A stretch of DNA of 64,000 nucleotides from Eukaryota sp. GEM-RC1 (taxonomy: Eukaryota). Made by a program: the position numbers and the translations under genes. Location: the NCBI GenBank assembly GCA_040285855.1, contig JAUFOQ010000017.1, positions 1 through 64,000 of the forward strand, given 5' to 3'. The number at the start of each line of letters is the position of its first letter. Within the stretch, counting starts at the first letter, position 1. Shown here piece by piece: positions 35,842 through 49,000 of this stretch. A model generated the notes under the pieces. It saw only the letters and a list, made by a program, of their open reading frames with translations, was not told the origin of the DNA and searched no databases.

Positions 35842-37179
35842 ATAGAATGGTTTGGTAGTGTTACAGTCTGGAATTTCACTGCTTAACTGAATGTCATGCA
35901 GAAATTGTAATCTTAATTAATCCGCGAGGACGTGGAAGGTTTAATAAACAAAATCAATTAAGCGATTTATTGAGATTGTGATTGTGATTGAACAAACAAC
36001 CATTCGTCTTACAATTTTACCATCTGAAACCATCATTTCTTTTAAATACTTGAAAACCATCTCAAAAGGATAATTATGAAAGTTTATCGATGAAGGGCAC
36101 AAAATTAATTATCATAATTAAAGCTATGAAACATCAGACACACAAAATTCCAATACTACCAAAAATAGATAATTAATTGAAAAACCTTAGGCATCAACTA
36201 GAAGTGTAACAAAGGAAAAATCAAACGGTTATGCCAAATTGATAGATTAAATCTCATATTCTGAGACTTACACATATCATAGATCCAAAATCAGTTAATA
36301 ACTGAGAATACATTTCACCAATACTGTACTACCAAAAATAGAAGTATCAAATGAAACAAATACAAATTTTGGATACAAATTTTGATTAAGTTTACAACAT
36401 CTTTGGAATACAGATCAATTTTACGGTTTCGTCTGTAAAATCTCAAAAATGTTCAAATGGTATTACCTCCAAAACCTCAAATCATTATTCAAATTTCACC
36501 CACCTAATGTACTAGCGCCGTCTTCGCAATTAAAGTGTTGAATATCGAATACAATGTATTCAAATTATACGTATTTGACATACCTTCATTTCATAAGTAT
36601 TGCAATACGACGACAATGTTTCGACAATACATTGTAATTGAGATGTCTGAATCAGGTCTTTCGAAAGAAGGTTATATTAATCAAATTTGTATAGGAAATA
36701 TCTGTCTCTAAGACAACCATTATCGAAGTATTTAAAGACCAAAACCAAACGTTTCGATTAAATAAGATGTATTACGATTGTTAATAATCAATTTTCCATC
36801 AAAGCATTAATCACTATCAATAACGCAATAAGTGAGGTTTAGTCTATTAGCAACATTCTAAGTACGAATCTTAAATCGAAGAATTAAATGAAAAATCATG
36901 TATTGTCAGATAGGGATGATTTGCTTGGGTTTAGTCTTAGCATTTACTATTCATCTATACAAAATTGTATTTCTGCGGCAAAAGTGACTACAATGTACAT
37001 GTATTTCCGTGTCGCCTTAAAGAATAAATTTCCATTTAATGTAAGCAGAGAATTCTAATTATCATGTTCTACTCGTTAGACTGGACCATGGTTACCGCAG
37101 AAACGTTCTACATTGTTTGTCGGTTTGGGTTAAGAAAAGTTTCCCATGAGTCAAATTACCACATTCTTCTCTCTTAATA

Positions 37180-37654
37180 ATGGCTGAACAACAAAACATA
37201 GATCTATCCTCTCTACCTCCTCAAGCACTTCAGTCAATCGCTAAACAGACTGAACAAGAACTGTCTATCCTACGTTCTTCTATAGTTCAACTTCGATCTG
37301 CACAAGGTCGTTTCAAACAATCTCGAGATTCTCTTGATCAGGTATCTTCTACTCCTGTTGGATCGGAGATGTTAATCCCTTTGACTGAATCCGTTTGTAT
37401 CAAAGTACAATTCATCTCAGCTTTATGTCCCAGGTGTTGCTAGAGAAAATGAACATGTTTTGGTGGAACTTGGAACTGGTTTCTTTTCAGAAAAATCTGT
37501 TCCTCAAGCAAAGGAATATTTTTCCCGTAAGATAAAATATTTAGAAGGTCGAATCAAAGAATTGACTGAGACTTTTGATCAGAAGAAACAGTTATTACAA
37601 GTGACTGTACAAGTATTACAGAGCCAACAAGCAGCACAAACACAGTCTTCATAA
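37180..37654 (+). CDS. PFDN5: Prefoldin alpha subunit 5; intron 37393-37420
   Basis: Removing the 28-nt GT-AG intron gives IPLTES|LYVPG..VLVELGTGFFSEK. Confidence 0.93.
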
Positions 37655-37746
37655 ATCTGTATTTTAAACGACTTATTTAAAGAAACTAGCGCATTGACAT
37701 AGATTGATGATGAATAAAAATACACCAAAAACAGAACAGAACAATA

Positions 37747-38086
37747 TTAGCTACTTTGAGCACTCAGCTTGGTTTGTATTTCTTGTAATTGAGTGTATGT
37801 GTTCTTAAGTTCCTCGGCCATTTTGCCTATGGAGGCTTCAAGAATGTCACGGTTTTGTTTAACCGCAGGATTCACTTCTCCGACCGATCTTTCTACTAGT
37901 ACACTACCAACCATACGATAACACTGACGATCAGGTTCTAGCTTGGAAAGAGCGTCAAGAACCACACTGAGATAAAGAAGGGACCAATATGGCATACTTG
38001 TGTTCATGACGAGTAGCTTCTAGTTCAGATAACTTCTCTTGTAGAGCAGAGATTTTTTGCTTTAATTGAGGAACTTGTTCGGCCAT
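37747..38086 (-). CDS. PFDN2: Prefoldin beta subunit 2; intron 37967-37997
   Basis: Splicing gives EHNVVLDAL..DRQCYRMVGSVLVERSVGEV. Confidence 0.9.
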
Positions 38087-38136
38087 TAAAAGAGTAAAGG
38101 AGAGGGATTGTTTTTGACGGAAAGAAAACTGCTTCA

Positions 38137-38766
38137 ATGTCTTCATCAACCGACACCTCTCGTCCTCTTCCCCTTTATAGCAACCCTCGTGAACGTTCTG
38201 AAGTCGAGAAACGTGCTAACATGTTCACCCTCCTTAAGTCTCTCCACTTCTTGGAAGATATATATCTTACGGCTTCGAATGTGGACACTTCACAGTATGA
38301 GGACCAGTGCACTGAACTTATTGGAAAAATAAAGGCCCTTGAAAATGCCACCGGTTTCAACCCTAAGACTTTTGCAGATGAGTATGATATGACAGTGGAC
38401 TATGCTCTAAAACGACTTGAATCGGGTATCCCTGCCTCCCAAGAGTTTGGAACAGTCAAGAAAAAGATCAATCAAGCCGCTGTTGCCGATACTACACAAC
38501 TTTTTATCTCCACTATGGATTTGGTTCAAATGAATATGCTCGGAGTAGACCAACTTCAACCATATCTTCGTGACTTACTATCACATTTAGATAAGCACTC
38601 CCATCTTGCTACTGACTTTGAGTCAAAGGTAACTGCTCGTAAGTGGCTTAAGACTTGTTCAACTATGTCTATTAATGATTCGTTGTCGGAAGACCAAGGA
38701 AAACAGCTGTTTCATGATTTGGATAATTCTTTCCATAATTTCAAGAAGTCATTGGACTCTCTTTAG
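38137..38766 (+). CDS. VPS28: ESCRT-I subunit VPS28
   Basis: LYSNPRER..LEDIY..YEDQCTELI; VADTTQLFISTMD..VDQLQPYL; LFHDLD. Confidence 0.9.
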   Translation: MSSSTDTSRPLPLYSNPRERSEVEKRANMFTLLKSLHFLEDIYLTASNVDTSQYEDQCTELIGKIKALENATGFNPKTFADEYDMTVDYALKRLESGIPASQEFGTVKKKINQAAVADTTQLFISTMDLVQMNMLGVDQLQPYLRDLLSHLDKHSHLATDFESKVTARKWLKTCSTMSINDSLSEDQGKQLFHDLDNSFHNFKKSLDSL

Positions 38767-38910
38767 TCTTTTGTAGGTGTACATAAAAACGGTTCTTATT
38801 TGTCAAAATTGAAAACATTTGTCTGCAGCTGTCCAGTTTAATATATTCAAAGAGTTGACTTAAATGAAATTGGTTTCTCACACTTTTGTTCATGCCTCAT
38901 TACTAAGACA

Positions 38911-41813
38911 ATGACTATTCCTCCACTTAAACAATCTAGAGTAGTTGAAGACCCTGATATCCCTGAAGAACTTGCGATACCATCACCCATTCCTGCAATT
39001 CCTTCCACAACTCCAAATCTTCGACTTAAACGTCCTAATGATGTCATCTCTCTTAGAGAAAATTTGCCCATAATAAATGAAGAACAACCTTTAATTGAGG
39101 CTATCCGCTATCATGATGTTACACTTGTAGTTGGACCAACAGGGTCTGGTAAGTCCACCCAATTACCCCAGTTTCTTTACGAATCTGGTTTCTCCTTTAC
39201 CAATCTCTCATTACCTGGTCGTATTATTGTTGTCCAACCTCGTCGTCTGACTGCCATAGCTCTTGCTAAACGTGTCTCCTATGAAATGGGTTTAACTTTG
39301 GGTCAGGAAGTGGGTTATCATGTTCGCTTTGATCAGTGCTTTGGTGATAATACGAAGATTCTTTTCGTTACTGATGGTATTCTGGTACAATACCTCAAGT
39401 CTGACATTTTGTTGACAAATGCCTCTGCTGTCGTTGTTGATGAAGCACATGAGCGAAGTGTTAACACCGATGTTGCTCTAGGTCTTTTGTCTATCTGTGT
39501 AAGAGGAAGACTTAAAATGATGACGTCAGCAACTCCATCACGTGATCATAAATGGACTCCTTTTCGATTGGTTATTATGAGTGCCACTCTTAAAACTGAT
39601 GATTTCTGTTCCCCTCATTTATGGTCTTTCCCCAAAATCATAACTATTCCTTCAAAAGTCTATCCCATTTGCGTTCACTTTGCTAGAACTACCATGGATG
39701 ATTACGTTAAAAGCGCGTTTCTTAAGGTCTCTCAAATCCATAATTCCCTTCCTAATGGAACTATCTTAGTTTTTGTTGCTGGTGCTGATGAGTGCCATCG
39801 GTTGTGTGGTCTGCTTAATGGGGAAGTCGTTGAAGTGGAAAGGAAAGTTTCAAAGATAATGGTTTGATTGGAGATTTTGATTTAGAAGATGATGATTCAT
39901 TCAGTGATGGTGATTTTGAGCTCAATTTGTCTGATTGTGATGATGACGTGATTGTAGATGAGGAAGAGGTTGTTTTTCTCAATTGCGATGACTCTGACTT
40001 TGCCCTTAACAAGCTCAAGTCAATATTGGAAACTGAAACTAAACTTATTACTGACTCCACTGTCCCTCCTTGGACAAGTGTTTTTAAAACTCCTGGCGTT
40101 AAGAAATCACGTGATGATTCACCATTTGCACGTGAACAAAAACCAAATATTCCAATTAAGGCAGTTCCTTTGTACTCATCTTTACCAAAACATAAGCAAG
40201 ATTTAATATTTGATCTCCAATCAAATTCTCAATCACGTCTCGTGATTGTCTCCACTAACATTGCTGAAGCCTCTCTAACTATTCCTGACGTTAAATACGT
40301 TGTAGATACTGGCAGAGTCAAAAGGAAACACTTCCATCCTCTTACTGGTGCTTCTCTCTTTAGAGTTGGACTAGTTTCCCAGTCTTCATCCACTCAAAGG
40401 ACGGGTAGAACTGGGAGGACTTGTCCTGGGCATGTATTCAGGCTTTATTCGTCAGCAGTTTATAATGATACAATGAAGAAGTTTGAAGATCCTGGTATTT
40501 TAGGGTGCCACGTGGATGGAATTGTGTTGATGTTGAAGTATTTAGGTGTGAATGACGTCAGTTCTTTTCCGTGGGTGACATGTCCAAAAGAGGAAAGTGT
40601 TTCCAAAGCGGAAAGATTGTTAGATTTGTTGGGGGCAACTAAAGATGGAAAGTGTACTAAATTAGGCAAGTTGATGATGAAATTCCCTGTGTCACCTCGT
40701 TTTTCTAAAATTTTAATTGTTGGAGAACAGTTAAAAATTCTAGGGCAAGCTATTTCAGGTGTTGCTTCACTTTCTGTTGATAATTTAGTATGTCGAACAG
40801 AGTTGAACTCAGAACTTGAACCCCATTCATTTGGCGATTTCCACTTCTTTGTTAAATTATTAGACCTATGGAAGGCAACGTCCAACTCAGAACACGACAC
40901 ATTAGCAATCAGACTGGGAATCAATCAACATTCAATGAAAATGTGTTAAAACTCAGACATCAGCTGGTCTCTATTGCCGAAAACACCTTCAAGCACGTTA
41001 TTTCTGATACTTATTCCACTGATTCAAATGATCTCATCTCGAGAGCTTGTTTAACAGGATTTGTTGATCATGTTTCTGTTAAAATTAAGAAGAACTTGTT
41101 TACGTGTCCTTGTTTGTCTGGAGATTCATCTGATAGTAGTGATATTTTGTTGAAAATTTCGAATTTCTCTGCAATGCATTCTACGGCGTTTCCAAAATAT
41201 TTAATTTTCATGGACATTTCTGGACGTGAATCTCGAAAAGATCCTTCAGAAATCTGCTTTCGAATACCTCTAGTAACAAGAATAGAAATCTCTTGGTTAC
41301 CGTCACTTTTCCTACCAAATATCACGTCATCAACTTATACCTCAAAGGTAGTTCCGTTAGTTAGTAATTTCCGATCAGTATTTAGACTTTTACCACCTAG
41401 CAAAGATTCTAGACCTTTCTACTGTAAAAATACTGATGAAGTTCTGGTTAAAGTCTCACCTCAATATGGGTGGATTTCCCCTTGGGAGTTAGCACCTGTA
41501 GAAGTTCCATTGAAGTTGTTTGATTTAGATCAAAGTTGTCGCCTTTTTGTTTAGTCTTCTCAGTGGCAAAGTCTTTCCTCGTTTGGACTCCTTTTGTTGT
41601 CACTTACAGTTACCACCAAGTTTAGTGCTGAAGCCTTGTGCGAATTCTAAAGTTGTGGCAATTCTAAAGGCCCTTGTTTTTAACAAAGTTACAAACAAGT
41701 CAGAATTGACTCAGATTTGGGTTAAACGACCAAATTTCCTATTAGGTGAATATTCAGAATTTCTGCAGTCTGCAAAACGATCAGAATTAACAGAAATATG
41801 GCCTCCAGTTTAA
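38911..41813 (+). CDS. DHX37: DEAH-box RNA helicase DHX37/Dhr1-like (three apparent frameshifts)
   Basis: GPTGSGKSTQLPQFLYESG, QPRR, DEAHERSVNTD, MSAT, acidic insert, STNIAEASLTIP, QRTGRTGR. Confidence 0.85.
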
Positions 41814-41987
41814 CTTATTTAAAATTAGTATATTTAGTTTAGCGTTGTATCAAACTGCAAATCTTTACAGTACATTACAAGATATTTTTATAGACATGTA
41901 CATCTTTTAAAAGAATATAGATAAATTATAAATACAAAGTAAAATACAACAAACAAAAATCCCCATTACAATTTCATTCAAACAGAC

Positions 41988-42574
41988 CTAAAAGTTACCC
42001 GTCAATAGTAATGTTTTTTCCACTTCTGAAAACACTGTTTGACTAAAAGCAACACGAGACTTCAACACATTCAATTTGGAAAATAGATCTTCAACAAGAG
42101 AAGAAGCATCACGAGAAGAATGGTCAATGGTGGAAGAACTATCACGAGAACTATGTAGGTGGTCTATTTCAGAACGAAGTGAAGCAACAAGTAGGTCACG
42201 ATCACGAAGCTGGCTTTTGAGTTGGTGAATTTCAGAAGTCAAGTCAGCATTGGAGGACTTAAGTCGGGCTAACTCCTCTTCAGATGATGCATTTGTAGCT
42301 TCTTTAAGTTGATGTTGAGTGGAACTGAGAGTGTCTCGTAACGAGCGAAGTTCCTCTTCCAAAGTGGAAACTTTGGCAGAAAGTGAATGTTTTTCTGAGG
42401 TAACGGACTCGAGATCTTGAGAAAGAACAATGTTAGCTTCAACAAGTGATGTAAGTTCATCCGCAAAATCTGACTCTTGCATATCAAAACCAGGAGACAT
42501 TGATGTCTCGTCATCCTCAAAAGTCTCACCGTTGACAAATTCATCAGTACTTAAAGATATTTGATCAAGTTCCA
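41988..42574 (-). CDS. Hypothetical coiled-coil protein
   Basis: About 195-aa ORF from MELDQ with a heptad-rich middle region. Confidence 0.6.
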
Positions 42575-43131
42575 TCAAGTTCAAGTTCAAGATGTGGGTC
42601 AAATATATTTAGCAAATAAACCTGACAATCTTCTCAACTGAAACAATTGTGATACCAGTGGTAACATAACTTGCCATATACACCATGTACCATGAAGTAC
42701 CTTCAACGGCACTGTTTCAATTGTGCAACTATTTATATTTTAGACAATGCATCTACTGCGACTTCTATAATGGATTCAATTGGAACATAATCATAGATGG
42801 TAGCTCAAGATTCGTTTCAAAGCATGTAGGTAGACTCTTTGTCGAAGGTGTACTTTGATGACGTGGCATTGGTTGAAATTTTCTCCTGGTGTTTAAAGAA
42901 CATTCTCCTCCCATCTTCAGTGGCACTTTTGTGCAGCGTCTTTCTTAGTGTATGTAAAGCTTTCCCATCTTCTTGATGTGATGAAGTTCGAAGTTATCCC
43001 TGTCATACGTCAGCTATTGGTTTGGTGACACAAGATGAGATTTACTTTCGCTGATATTTTCCCATAGTTTTAATCAACTAACCTCAGTCTTCCCGAACTA
43101 CAAAAGCTGTATTATTCATCAATAAATTGCC

Positions 43132-43822
43132 ATGATCCATCATCTTTTACTTCATCCTTCTTCGGTTATTTTTCCCCTGTGCAGATCAACTGTTGTTGGC
43201 TTAAAGTCCCAAGGGCTTGGAAGATTCATTTTTCATCATAGCTCGGGCTTCTGTGTTTCATCAGTTTATTGTTTTTCACTCTTTTGTTCATGCGAACCAT
43301 CATATCGAAAGTTGTATCTTTCACTGTCTGCATGGTGTTCAGGAGTGACATCTGCAAGTCAAACCACATCTGATGAACGTTTGCAGCAAATCAGCAACAC
43401 ATTTAACCCTGCTTTTAGTTGTAGTCCTTATGAATTGCTCCATTTTGCTCCAAAATCATGATGTCCAACTGTATTCATGGTCTACCTTCTGTAATATTTC
43501 TCTTCAAGAACTTCAAACCACTATGTCATCAATTGATCCAGTTTTCAGCCTGAAGTCAGACCTGTACTCATACCTTTGCACAAGATTTCCTGTAGTTCGT
43601 CCAGGTGCCTCTGTATCCTCTGATTTTCTCTGTTATCATAAGATTCCCAATCAAGTCCACTCCACATCTGCTGTATTGCTCACCAGGGGTCATGATACTT
43701 GGTTGGATTTTCTGGCTTTTCAACGAAATTGTAACTCTAACAGAAAAGCAGCAATCATCACTTCAAAAGATTCAAAGAAATTCACTTTTATGAGGATATC
43801 TCGACTCAAAAACCCCTGCTGA
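43132..43822 (+). CDS. tRNA-splicing endonuclease catalytic subunit-like (SEN2/SEN34), frameshifted
   Basis: VVRPG..DFLCY..PNQVHS..V and later RK resemble the Tyr-His-Lys catalytic region. Confidence 0.6.
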
Positions 43823-43849
43823 TATCTCAACGATGTTTTCTTCTGCTAC

Positions 43850-44918
43850 ATGCGTACCATTACTGTTTTCGGAGGTTTGGCTCTTTCTTGTCTTGCTAAC
43901 ATGCAGCAACTGGTCATCAAGGTGTCAACTGCATTCGTAGAATCTTTGAATCTCCTCAAGCCTCTAAGATCCGCATCAAAGCGTGTTGTCGGAACATCAC
44001 TGGCAATGAATTCCAACGACTTCCCAATCTTACTGATCTCACTAAGTTTGAACAATGGCGAAATCAGCACCTTGAGTGCGTAAAATTAGATGCTGGTGAC
44101 CCTGATGCAGTTGATTCAGTGCTTCAAAATACTGATTGTGTTGTTCTTATTCAAAATCCTTTTCTACTAGACGATGATTTCCAAGAAGGTTGTCGTAAAG
44201 AGAGCCGCATTGGTCTACGGTTTGTATTATTATTTCTGTTTTTTATCACAGCGTCATTTCCCAAGCCATCAATCATGGTGTAAAAGACTTTGTCTATTCA
44301 TCAGTTAATGGTGCTGGATTATCTACTGAAGTGCCACACTTCTTCTCTAAAAAGTTGATTGAAAATGAACTTCAAAGACGAAGAGATCGATTTCGTTCAG
44401 TTCAAATAATCAGACCTTGCTTCTTCATGGAAAATTTACAAATAATTGAAAATGTAAAACAGAAACTTTCTCAAGATAGAATGTTATGTCTGCCCTTCGA
44501 TGGATCAATGAAACTTCCTCTTATTTCCTTTGTTGATGTTGGAAAGGCGTTAGGCGACTGTGCTCTAAATCCTCATCAACTTGACAGGCATAACGGCATT
44601 ATTGAGTTGTGTTCTGAGGAGATTTCTGCTCATGAAATGGCCCATCAAATTAGCGTCAGCTTTCAACAGTGTGGTTATGAAGAATTTCCTTTACCAATGC
44701 AGAAGATGTTTAGTCTGTATTCCGCTCAAACAATCCACCCTAGTGTAGAGGTTTCTTGGAAAATATGGCCCAGCTTAATGACTTTTAGAGATTGGGCGAG
44801 TACTGTTCAGTGGGGATCTCGTACTAACTTGAGGGCTGAGATTCAAAAGGAAATTGGTCTTCCAGAGAAACAAGTTTCTGCCAAAACCTCTAAGTCTGGG
44901 TCTGGAATTGGCGTTTAG
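43850..44918 (+). CDS. NmrA-like NAD(P)-binding protein; introns 43875-43906 and 44220-44251
   Basis: Splicing gives ITVFGATGHQG..FVYSSV..VPHFFSK..IIRPCFFMEN. Confidence 0.85.
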
Positions 44919-45938
44919 TACTTTATGTGTTCATAAATCTGTTGGAGATTTGTTTCCATCTATGTGCTAGTTGGATATGATTGCAACTAAACGCACGTCT
45001 AGAACACTCATAACATTTGAATCACAGATGTTGTTTCATTATATGAGCGTTTTGTTTTAGTTCATAACAGAAGAATAACACAATTCGATCACATCGAGAA
45101 TCTGATTTGATCTGAAGCCAAACGTACCCAGTATACAACACTTTCCCCTTCTAATGTCAGTGAACCCAATGCATGCTAATAAGAACGTTCCTGTAGTACA
45201 GGTTTCTGAAAGCAAACGTTTAACCAAGGAACACATGCTCCTCATAGCTGGGTCTGTGATTGTGTTGCTTGCACTGTTGGCGACATGGTTTATTGCTGCT
45301 GTTGTTACTACTGATACTTTCTGCTATGGCTCTCTATCTCCCAAACATTTCGACCTAATGATCATTGGAGGTGTTGTGTATGATGGTTCTCTCTCTGTTC
45401 CACCAAATACACAAACTCTTTTCATTAAAGACGGGAAAATCGCCGAAATTCTTCCTGCTGACCTACATCATCCTTATACTGCTGATGAAACCATTGATGC
45501 TACTGGTTACATCATCACCCCTGGGATTATTGATGCTCGTATGTAACTCTATTCATCTGAACCTAGATGCACATTTCACTGGTGATTTAGAAGACCAAGA
45601 AGAACTTGATCATCATTTCGCTCTCCGTGATGGTATTACCACTAAAATATATGGCCAAGATGGGTTTTCCCCTGATTTACTTGAAAAAGATCACCACACG
45701 TTTACTTATCAGAAAGATTTTATCTCATATTTAGATGATGCTGAAGCAGCTAGTAAGGGTGTCAACATCGCTTTTCTCACTGGTCATGGATCCTTACGTC
45801 GAAGAGCTTTAGAAAATCCCAGTAAATTGGGCGAAGACCTCACTACTGAAGAACTCAAGGCCATGAAAGACTTGTTAGAGATTGATTTGGCTGATGAACG
45901 TGTACTTGGTCTGTCTTTGGGCTTGGAATATACTCCTG

Positions 45939-46031
45939 TGTTACCTGTATGAGACATGTGGTAAGTATAAGTGTATTAAATAATGAAATTGGTACTAGAA
46001 CACCGCCACGTATTAACACCTGTGGCCTACA
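45939..46031 (-). repeat. 3' LTR (93 bp)
   Basis: Identical to 52553-52645; preceded on the minus strand by purine tract GAAGAGAGAGAAGAGGTAG. Confidence 0.95.
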
Positions 46032-49000
46032 CTACCTCTTCTCTCTCTTCGAGTTCCTAGTTCTCTTGGCAACAGGTGTTTTACTAGACAGTCCTGAGCT
46101 AGATACTCTAGTACGAGGCAAGGGCTTCTTAGGCTTGTGGACTTTACTATCAATACTTTCTAATTTAATAAACGCAGAATAAGCTTTGGTATTGGAAATA
46201 TCCTTGGTGGGAACTGAGGAGGTTTCACCACCATACCATAACACAGTACAGTGTTCACCATTGGGGGTATCATAGCGGTCGAGTATTTCAAGGACGATAT
46301 GTTCTTCGGAATCGCCTGACGCAACAGCCTTATGGAAATCAGAGTCGTTGGGTAAGTCTGTGAGATAGATCTTACATTGGTGTACACTAGCTTTGCTGAC
46401 GTGACCAGTAATCAGATTCTTGATTGACATTGATGATTGAGAATCAACTGACATTACCAGGAATGGTCCAGCATAACTACCATGTAGCTTAGATGTCTTT
46501 GACTTCTTCAGTACGAGATCACCTATCTTGAACGGGTTACTTTTGTTGGTTTTGCGAGGGGCCTTACTTGTTTGACGAGTCTCTGCCTCTTCTCGCTTTT
46601 TCGTTAGTCTTTCAAGTTTTAGAGCCATATCTTTTACGAATGGAATCTCAGATCGACTTTGTTCAAATGCTTTTAGCATGTTTCCTGGATCAGAACCAGG
46701 GCTAATATCACTTCCAAACATCAGTTCATATGGTGAGTGGCCTGTGGCACTACTAGTAGTAGCATTTATTTGAAGTTGTACAGCTGGAATATATCTAGAC
46801 CAACTATCGTAATCGTTGAAATCTACAAGGAGACGACGTAGACTTTGAAGTACATCCCTGTGTCGACGTTCCACCAGACCATTACTTTGAGAGAAATGTG
46901 GAATCGAACGACTGATCTCAACGGCCAGCAGGTTACAAACTGCCTCGAACGTGGAGTTAGCAAACTCCTTGCCGTTATCACTGTGAATCATAAAAGGTAC
47001 TCCAAAGATAGCAACAACATCCCACACTAGACGATGTGCTACCTCGATACTATTTAGTTCTTCGAGGGGGCTAAGGATAGTATATCTTGTGAACGAATCC
47101 ACGAAGACCAGTAAGAACTGATTACCATCTTGATCTTTTGGAAGAGGTCCAATCGTGTCGACATTGAGTCTTGCGAAAGGTCTGTCGGCCCATAACGAAC
47201 CCGTCGATTCGATAGTCAGTTTATTACCCGGAGCTGTTTTCTGACAGGCTGGACAGTGCTTAACATGTTTTACCATGTCAGCTTTCATCTTAGGCCAAAA
47301 GTAGCCACTGTTGAACAGCTTAGCCAAACTATCTTTCAAGTTTGGGTGTCCTGCTTGGACTAAACCATGGAGCATATTGAGTACTGTTTTCCTCAAAGTG
47401 CTTGGTATCAGGATTTTCTTGTCTTTAGATAAGTGTAACATGCTTTCAGAGCATAGTACCGTGTTCTTAAATAAAGGATCTTTCAACTCGTAAGCCTTCA
47501 GTTGTTCGGATCTAATGGTTGACAGCCAAGAGTCGAACAAAGGAAGTTGGTTGTCGACAGATAGTTCCCGTAGATTGTTGATGACATAGGTTGAGTTATC
47601 CTTGATGAACCGTAACTCGGTGTAGTCATCTCCATTGTGTCTCATATCCATTTGATTGAGTACAATGTTCCGATCTGAGACGTGATCTGTCAAAATCACT
47701 GATTTGATTGTCTCAATGGGGGTGCGATCGATTACTCGTGATAGCATGTCAGCCCATTGATTATCTTCTCCTGCAACGTGCTCAATCTCAAAACTATACT
47801 CAGAAAATATTGGGATCCATCGTTTGACAATCCGGTTATTCTCAGGTGCAGTTATGAGAAAGGCAAGGTTCCTATGATCTGTAAAGATCGTCAAGTGTCT
47901 ACTCATTAGGAAACCTTCCAAGGTTGATTCAGTCAGAATCAGCAAAATGGCATACAATTCTTTCTGAATTGCAGCCCAATTCTGCTGACTATTGTTCAAA
48001 AGTCTGCTATAGAAAGAGATAGGTCGAACCTTTCGATCTTTTAGAAGAGTCCCAGGTGGAGATCGAGGATTTTCTTCCTGCCAAATCACGCCACCTACGG
48101 CTATGTTAGATGCATCCGTGGAGATTATGATGTTCATTTCTTCACTAGGCAAGTCTAAAGCCATATGATTGATTATTAATCCTTTGATTGATTCTAATAA
48201 TTCATCATGTTCCGTTGTCCACAGTATCTTCTTAGGTTTGTCACGAGTTAGTGCTACTAATGGAGCTGTCAAATCCGAAAAATTTGGAATGAAGTCTCTT
48301 ATATAGTTCAAAGCACCAATCAGACTTCTAACTTCAGTGAGATTACTTGGAGCTGGTAGGTTCCTCAAAGCAGAAATTCTACTTTCATCGATGCAACGGG
48401 TTTTGTTCACAAAGATGCTGCCTAGAATCTTGATTTTGTGATTACAAGTTACGAAATAACATTTACGTAATCCAAAACGTACACGAAAGCGTCTGGCGCA
48501 ATCTAGTACTTGTCGTAATCGATCCATATATTCTTCAAATGTGTTCCCTATGATTATTATATCGTCAATATAAATAAAAACACCCTCAATGTTGAATATG
48601 TCCATCATAATGTTTTGGAAGATTGCAGGTACATTCTTCAAACCAAAACATGCCCGTTTGAAACTAATTGACATACCAGGTATAGACACAGTTGTCTTGT
48701 CGACGTCTTCTTCAGCTACTTTGAGTTGCCAAAAAGCTTTTGGAAGATCAACTGTTCCGATGAAGTTTGCATTCGAAAGGAACTCTAGTATATCACAGAT
48801 CCTGGGAAGATTCGGCTTCACAGGCTTCGTATTAGCATTTATCCCATTGGGCCCACTGAAATCTCCAGTTAAACGGGGCTTGCGGTGGTCGTTGTACATC
48901 ACCAGGACAATGGGACTGCTGAATGTTCCTGTCGATGGTACGGCCCATCCTTGCAGTATTAATTCATTAAAGATCTCTTCGGCAACTTTCTGTTTCACAG

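Noticed and set aside
29817..43822. Pseudogenisation or an alternative genetic code explaining split genes
   Set aside because: Breaks are frame changes at A/T runs rather than in-frame stops, and long ORFs such as IFT80 and TDP1 read cleanly in the standard code.
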